Of a stretch of 64,000 nucleotides of DNA, positions 59,201-64,000 are shown in pieces (position 1 is the first letter of the stretch; every line of letters begins with the position of its first letter). Source of the stretch: the human T2T-CHM13v2.0 reference genome, Homo sapiens. A model generated the notes under the pieces. The model saw only the letters and a program-made list of their open reading frames with translations, had not been told where the DNA came from and searched no databases. The position numbers were made by a program, and so were the translations under genes. The DNA lies in NCBI RefSeq assembly GCF_009914755.1, contig NC_060933.1; one strand, 5' to 3'.

Positions 59201-62200
59201 GAATGGAATGGAATCAATCATTCCGAGTGGAATGGAAGGGAATGTAATGGAGTGGGAAGAAAGGAATGGAATCAACCCGAGTGCAATGCAAGGCAATGGA
59301 ATGGAATGGAAAGGAATGGAATGGAATCAACTCGATTGCAATGGAGTGGAATGGAATGGAATGGAATGGAATGGAATGGAATTAACCGGAATAGAACGGA
59401 AAGGAAGGGAATGGAACGGAATGGAATGGAATGGAAGGGAATGGAATCAACACGAGTGCAGGGGAATGGAATGGAATGGAATGCAATGGAATGGAATTAT
59501 CCGGAATGGAATGGAAGGGAATGGAATCAACTCCATTGCAATGGAATGGAATGGAATGGAATGGAATAGAATGGAATGGAATTAACCCGAATAGAATGGA
59601 ATGCAATAGAATGGAATGCAACGGAACCGAATGGAGTGGAATGGAATGGAATGGAATCAACCCGAGTACAGGGGAATGGAATGGAATGGAATGCAATGGA
59701 ATGGAGTCATCCGTAATGGAATAGAAAGGAATGGAATGGAATGGAATTGAATGGAATGGAATGGAATGGAATGGAATCAACGAGAGTGCAGGGGAATGGA
59801 ATGGAATGGAATGCAATGGAATGGAATCTTCCGGAATGTAATGTAATGGAATGGAATGGAATGAAAGGCAATGGATTCAACTCGATTGCAATGGAATGGA
59901 AAAGAATGGAATGGAATGGAATGGAATGGAATGGAATGGAATGGAATGGAATTGAATGGAATGGAATGCCTTCAAACCGAATGGAATGGAAAGGAATGGA
60001 ATCAACACGAGTGGAAAGGAATGGAATGGAAAGGAATGGTACGGAATAGAATGGAATGGAACTAACTGGAATGGAATGGAATGGAATGGAATGGAATGGA
60101 ATGGAATGGAATGGAATCGTTCCGAGTGGAATAGGAGGGAATGTATTCGAGTGGAATGGAAAGGAATGGAATCAACCAGAGTGGAATGGAAGGGAATGGA
60201 ATGGAATGGAAACTAATAGAATGGAATCAACCCGAGTGGAATGGAATGGAAAGGACTGGAGTGGAATGGAATGGAATGGAATGGAATGGAATCAACTCGA
60301 TTGTAAAGGAATGTATTGGAATGGAATGGAATGGAATGGAATGGAATGGAATTAACCCGAATACAATGGAATGGAATGGAATGGAAAGGAATGGAGTGGA
60401 ATGGAATGGAATCAACCCGAGTGCAGGGGAATGGAATGGAATGGAATGCAATGGAATGGAATCATCCGGAATGGAATGGAATGGAATGGAATGCAAAGCA
60501 ATGGAATCAACTGGATTGCAATGGAATGGAATGGAATAGAATGGAATAGAATGGAATCAACCAGAGTGTAATGGAATGGAAAGGACTGGAATGTAGTGGA
60601 ATGGAATGGAATGGAATGGAATCAACTCGATTGGAATGGAATGGAATGGAATGGAATGGAATGGAATGGAATTAACCTGAATAGAATGGAATGGAATGGA
60701 ATGGAATGGAACGGAATGGAATGCAATGGAATGGAATGGAATGGAATGGAATGGAATGGAATGGAATGGAATCAACCCGACTGCAGGGGAATGGAATGGA
60801 ATGGAATGGAATGGAATGGAATCATCCGGAACGGAATGGAATGGAATGGAATGGAATCAACTCGATGGCAATGGAATGGAATGCAATGGAATGGAATGGA
60901 ATCGAATGGAATGGAATGGAATTAACCGGAATAGAATGCAATGGAATGGAATGGAACGGAATGGAATGGAATGGAATGGAATGGAATGGAATGGAATGGA
61001 ATCAACCCGAGTGCAGGGGAATGGAATGGAATGGAATGCAATGGAATGGAATCATCCGGAATGGAATGGAATGGAATGGAATGCAATCAACCTGATGCAA
61101 TGGAATGGAGTGGAATGGAATGGAATGGAATGGAAACATCCCGAATGGAATGGAATGTAATGGAGTGTAAGGGAATTGAATAGAATCAATCCGAATGTAA
61201 TGGAATGGAATGGAATGGAATGGAATGGAATGGAATGGAATCAACCCGAGTGCAATGGAATGGATTCGAATGGATTGGAATGGAATGGATTCAATAAGAA
61301 TGTAATGGAAAGGAATGGAATCAACCCGAGTGTAATGGCATGGAATGGAACAGAATGGAATGGGATGGAATGGAATGGTACGGAATAGAATGGAATGGAA
61401 TGAAATGGAATGGAATGGAATGGAACGGAATGGAATGGAATGGAATGGAATGAACCCGTGTGCAATGGAATGGAATGGAATGGAATGGAATGGATTCAAC
61501 TCGAATGGAATCAACTCGATTGCAATGGAATGGAATGGAATTGAAAGGAATAGAATGGAATCAACCCGAGTGGAATGGAATGGAAAGGACTGGAATGGAG
61601 TGGAAAGGAATGGAATGGAATTAACCCGAATAGAATGAAATGGGACGGAATGGAATGGAATGTAATGGAATGGAATGGAATGGAATCAACCTGAGTGCAG
61701 GGGAATGGAATGGAATGGAATGCAATGGAATGGAATCATCCGGAATGGAATGGAATGGAATGGAATGGAATGGAATGGAATCAACTCGATTTCAATGGAA
61801 TGGAATGGAATAGAATGGAATGGAATTAACACGAATAGAATGGAATGGAATGGAATTGAATGGAACAGAAAGGAATGGAATGGAATGGAATGGAATCAAC
61901 CTAAGTGCAGGGGAATGGAATGGAATGGAATTCAATGGAATGGAATCATCCGGAATGGAATGGAATGGAATGGAATGGAATGGAATGGAATGGAATGGAA
62001 TCAACCCGAGTGCAATGGAATGGAGAGGAATGGAATGGAATGGAATGGAAACTACACGAATGGAATGGAATGTAATGGAGTGTAAGGGAATTGAATAGAA
62101 TGAATCCGAATGGAATGGAATGGAAAGGAATGGAATGGAATGGAATGGAATGGAATGGAATGCAATGCCATGGAATCAACCCGAGTGCAATCGAATGGAA

Positions 62201-64000
62201 TCGAATGGAATGGAATGCAATGGAATTGATTCAACTTGAATGGAATGGAAAGAATGGAATCAACACGAGTGGAACGGCATGGATTGGAATGGAATGGAAT
62301 GGAATCAACCCGAGTACAGGGGAATGGAATGGAATGGAATGCAATGGAATGGAATCATCCGTAATGGAATGGAAAGGAATGGAATGGAATGGAATGGAAT
62401 GGAATGGAATGGAATGGAATGGAATCAACTCGATTGCAATCGAATGGAATGGAATGGAATTAACCCGAATAGAATGGAATGGAATGGAACGGAACGGAAC
62501 GGAACGGAATGGAATGGAATGGAATGGAATGGAATGGAACGGAAAGGAATGGAATGGAACGGAATGGAATGGAATGGAATGGAATGGAATCAACGCGAGT
62601 GCAGGGTAATGGAATGTAATGGAATGCAATGGAATGGAATCTTCCGGAATGGAATGGAATGGAATGGAATGGAATCAACCCGAGTGCAATGGAATGGAGT
62701 GGAATGGAATGGAATGGAATGGAAGAACCCGAATGGAATGGAATGTAATGGAGAGTAAGGGAGTTGAATAGAATCATTCCGAATGTAATGGAATGGAATG
62801 GAACGGAATGGAATTGAAAGGAATGGAATGGAATGCAATGGAATGGAATCAACCCGAGTGCAATGGAATGGAGAGGAATGGAATGGAATGGAATGGAAAC
62901 TACCCGAATGGAATGTAATGTAATGGAGTGTAAGGGAATTGAATAGAATCAATCCGAATGTAATGGAATGGAATGGAACGGAATGGAATGGAATGGAATG
63001 GAATGGAATGGAATGGAATGAACCCGAGTGCAATCGAATGGAATCGAATGGAATGCAATGCAATGGAATGGATTCAACTTGAATGGAATGGAAAGAATGG
63101 AATCAACACGAGTGGAATGGCATGGATTGGAATGGAATGGAATGGAATCAACCCGAGTACAGGGGAATGGAATGGAATGGAATGCAATGGAATGGAGTCA
63201 CCCGTAATGGAATGGAAAGGAATGGAATGGAATGGAATGGAATGGAATGGAATGGAATGGAATGGAATCAACTCGATTGCAATCCAATGGAATGGAATGG
63301 AATTAACCCAAATAGAATGGAATGGAATGGAATGGAACGGAACGGAATGGAATGGAATGGAATGGAATGGATTGGAATGGAATGGAACGGAACGGAACGG
63401 AATGGAATGGAATGGAATGGAATGGAATGGAATCAACGCGAGTGCAGGGGAATGGAATGGAATGGAATGCAATGGAATGGAATCTTCCGGAATGGAATGG
63501 AATGGAATGGAATGGAATCAAATGGAATGGAATGGAATCAACGCGAGTGCAGGGGAATGGAATGGAATGGAATGCAATTGAATGGAATCTTCCGGAATGG
63601 AATGGGATGGAATGGAATGGAATGGAATGGAATGGAATCAACCCGAGTGCAATGGAATGGAGTGGAATGGAATGGAATGGAATGGAACAACCCGAATGGA
63701 ACGGAATGTAATGGAGAGTAAGGGAGTTGAATAGAATCAATCCGAATGTAATGGAATGGAATGGAACGGAATGGAATGGAATGGAATGGAATGGAATGCA
63801 ATGGAATGGAATCAACCCGAGTTCAATGGAATGGAGAGGAATGGAATGGAATGGAATGGAAACTACCCGAATGGAATGGAATGTAATGGAGTGTAAGGGA
63901 ATTGAATAGAATCAATCCGAATGTAATGGAATGGAATGGAACGGAATGGAATGGAATGGAATGCAATGGAATGGAATCAACCCGAGTGCAATCGAATGGA

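Larger units (their letters stand above)
21849..63598. promoter_or_regulatory. Dispersed perfect heat-shock element motifs nGAAnnTTCnnGAAn (GGAATCTTCCGGAAT), ~34 copies
   Basis: Motif read directly at e.g. 21849, 22682, 23541, 24419, 26104, 27637, 28490, 31609, 33083, 34172, 42818 ... 62636, 63479, 63584. The match to the HSF consensus is exact; function is not demonstrated. Confidence 0.6.
1..64000. repeat. Human satellite III (HSat3) pericentromeric array, (CATTC/GGAAT)n
   Basis: Continuous CATTC/GGAAT pentamers with interspersed CAACCCGA(G/A)T-type motifs typical of satellite III. No non-satellite sequence seen. Confidence 0.98.
20958..64000 (-). repeat. HSat3 arm with GGAAT on + strand (CATTC on - strand)
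   Basis: (GGAAT)n on + strand from CCGTGTGCAATGG to the window end. No further strand switch seen. Confidence 0.98.
21500..64000 (-). repeat. Right-type HSat3 (pHuR98-like, probably chr9 HSat3B5), ~0.82-0.91-kb modular period
   Basis: About 30 copies of GGATTCAACTTGAATGGAATGGAAAGAATGGAATCAACACGAGTGGAATGGCATGGATTGG, often spaced ~820-910 bp (e.g. ~22298, 23122, 24035, 24863; 27233, 28091; 62227, 63070). The chr9 assignment rests on recalled similarity only. Confidence 0.75.

Noticed and set aside
1-64000. Hundreds of ORFs (poly-MEWNG / poly-IPFHS; longest 353 aa at 25060-26121)
   Set aside because: A stop-free pentamer is open in all frames on both strands. There is no domain or gene structure. 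Poly-WNGME translation is known for the SCA31 (TGGAA)n expansion, but nothing here indicates translation.
21500-64000. CRISPR-like repeat/spacer appearance
   Set aside because: The 'spacers' are recurring pentamer-derived variants, repeat lengths vary, there are no cas genes, and the context is primate satellite.
1-64000. HSat2, alpha satellite, telomeric repeat or Y-chromosome DYZ1
   Set aside because: No dominant CATTCGATTC/ATG-type HSat2 pattern, no 171-bp monomers, no TTAGGG arrays, and no regular ~3.5-kb unit.
21000-64000. EWS-FLI1 GGAA microsatellites, G-quadruplexes or DUX4 sites
   Set aside because: The repeats are GGAAT, not (GGAA)n. Runs of three or more G are isolated. GAATAGAATCA does not fit the DUX4 TAAYBBAATCA consensus.

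Overview
The whole 64 kb is classical satellite III (HSat3; CATTC/GGAAT pentamer with interspersed CAACCCGAGT-type motifs), human or closely related ape. It is most likely the chr9q12 array, because a recurring module matches the chr9-specific pHuR98/HS3-9 sequence as I recall it (unverified). I found no genes, transposons or unique sequence, and the ORFs are pentamer translations (MEWNG/IPFHS). Internal structure: (1) one clean strand switch at ~20,960 (CATTC then GGAAT), i.e. an inversion breakpoint with 2-4 bp microhomology; (2) two distinguishable sequence types, a left type in ~3.95-kb units (variants 3.04, 3.23 and 8.35 kb) and a right type with a ~0.85-kb modular period and several kb-scale duplications; (3) a 4.4-kb right-type insert in the left arm that is an inverted homologue of ~25.3-27.5 kb; (4) about 34 perfect heat-shock elements (gGAAt-cTTCc-gGAAt) in the right arm, plus one inside the right-type insert, and none in left-type units. 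Counts and offsets were read by eye and from matching ORF-track entries.
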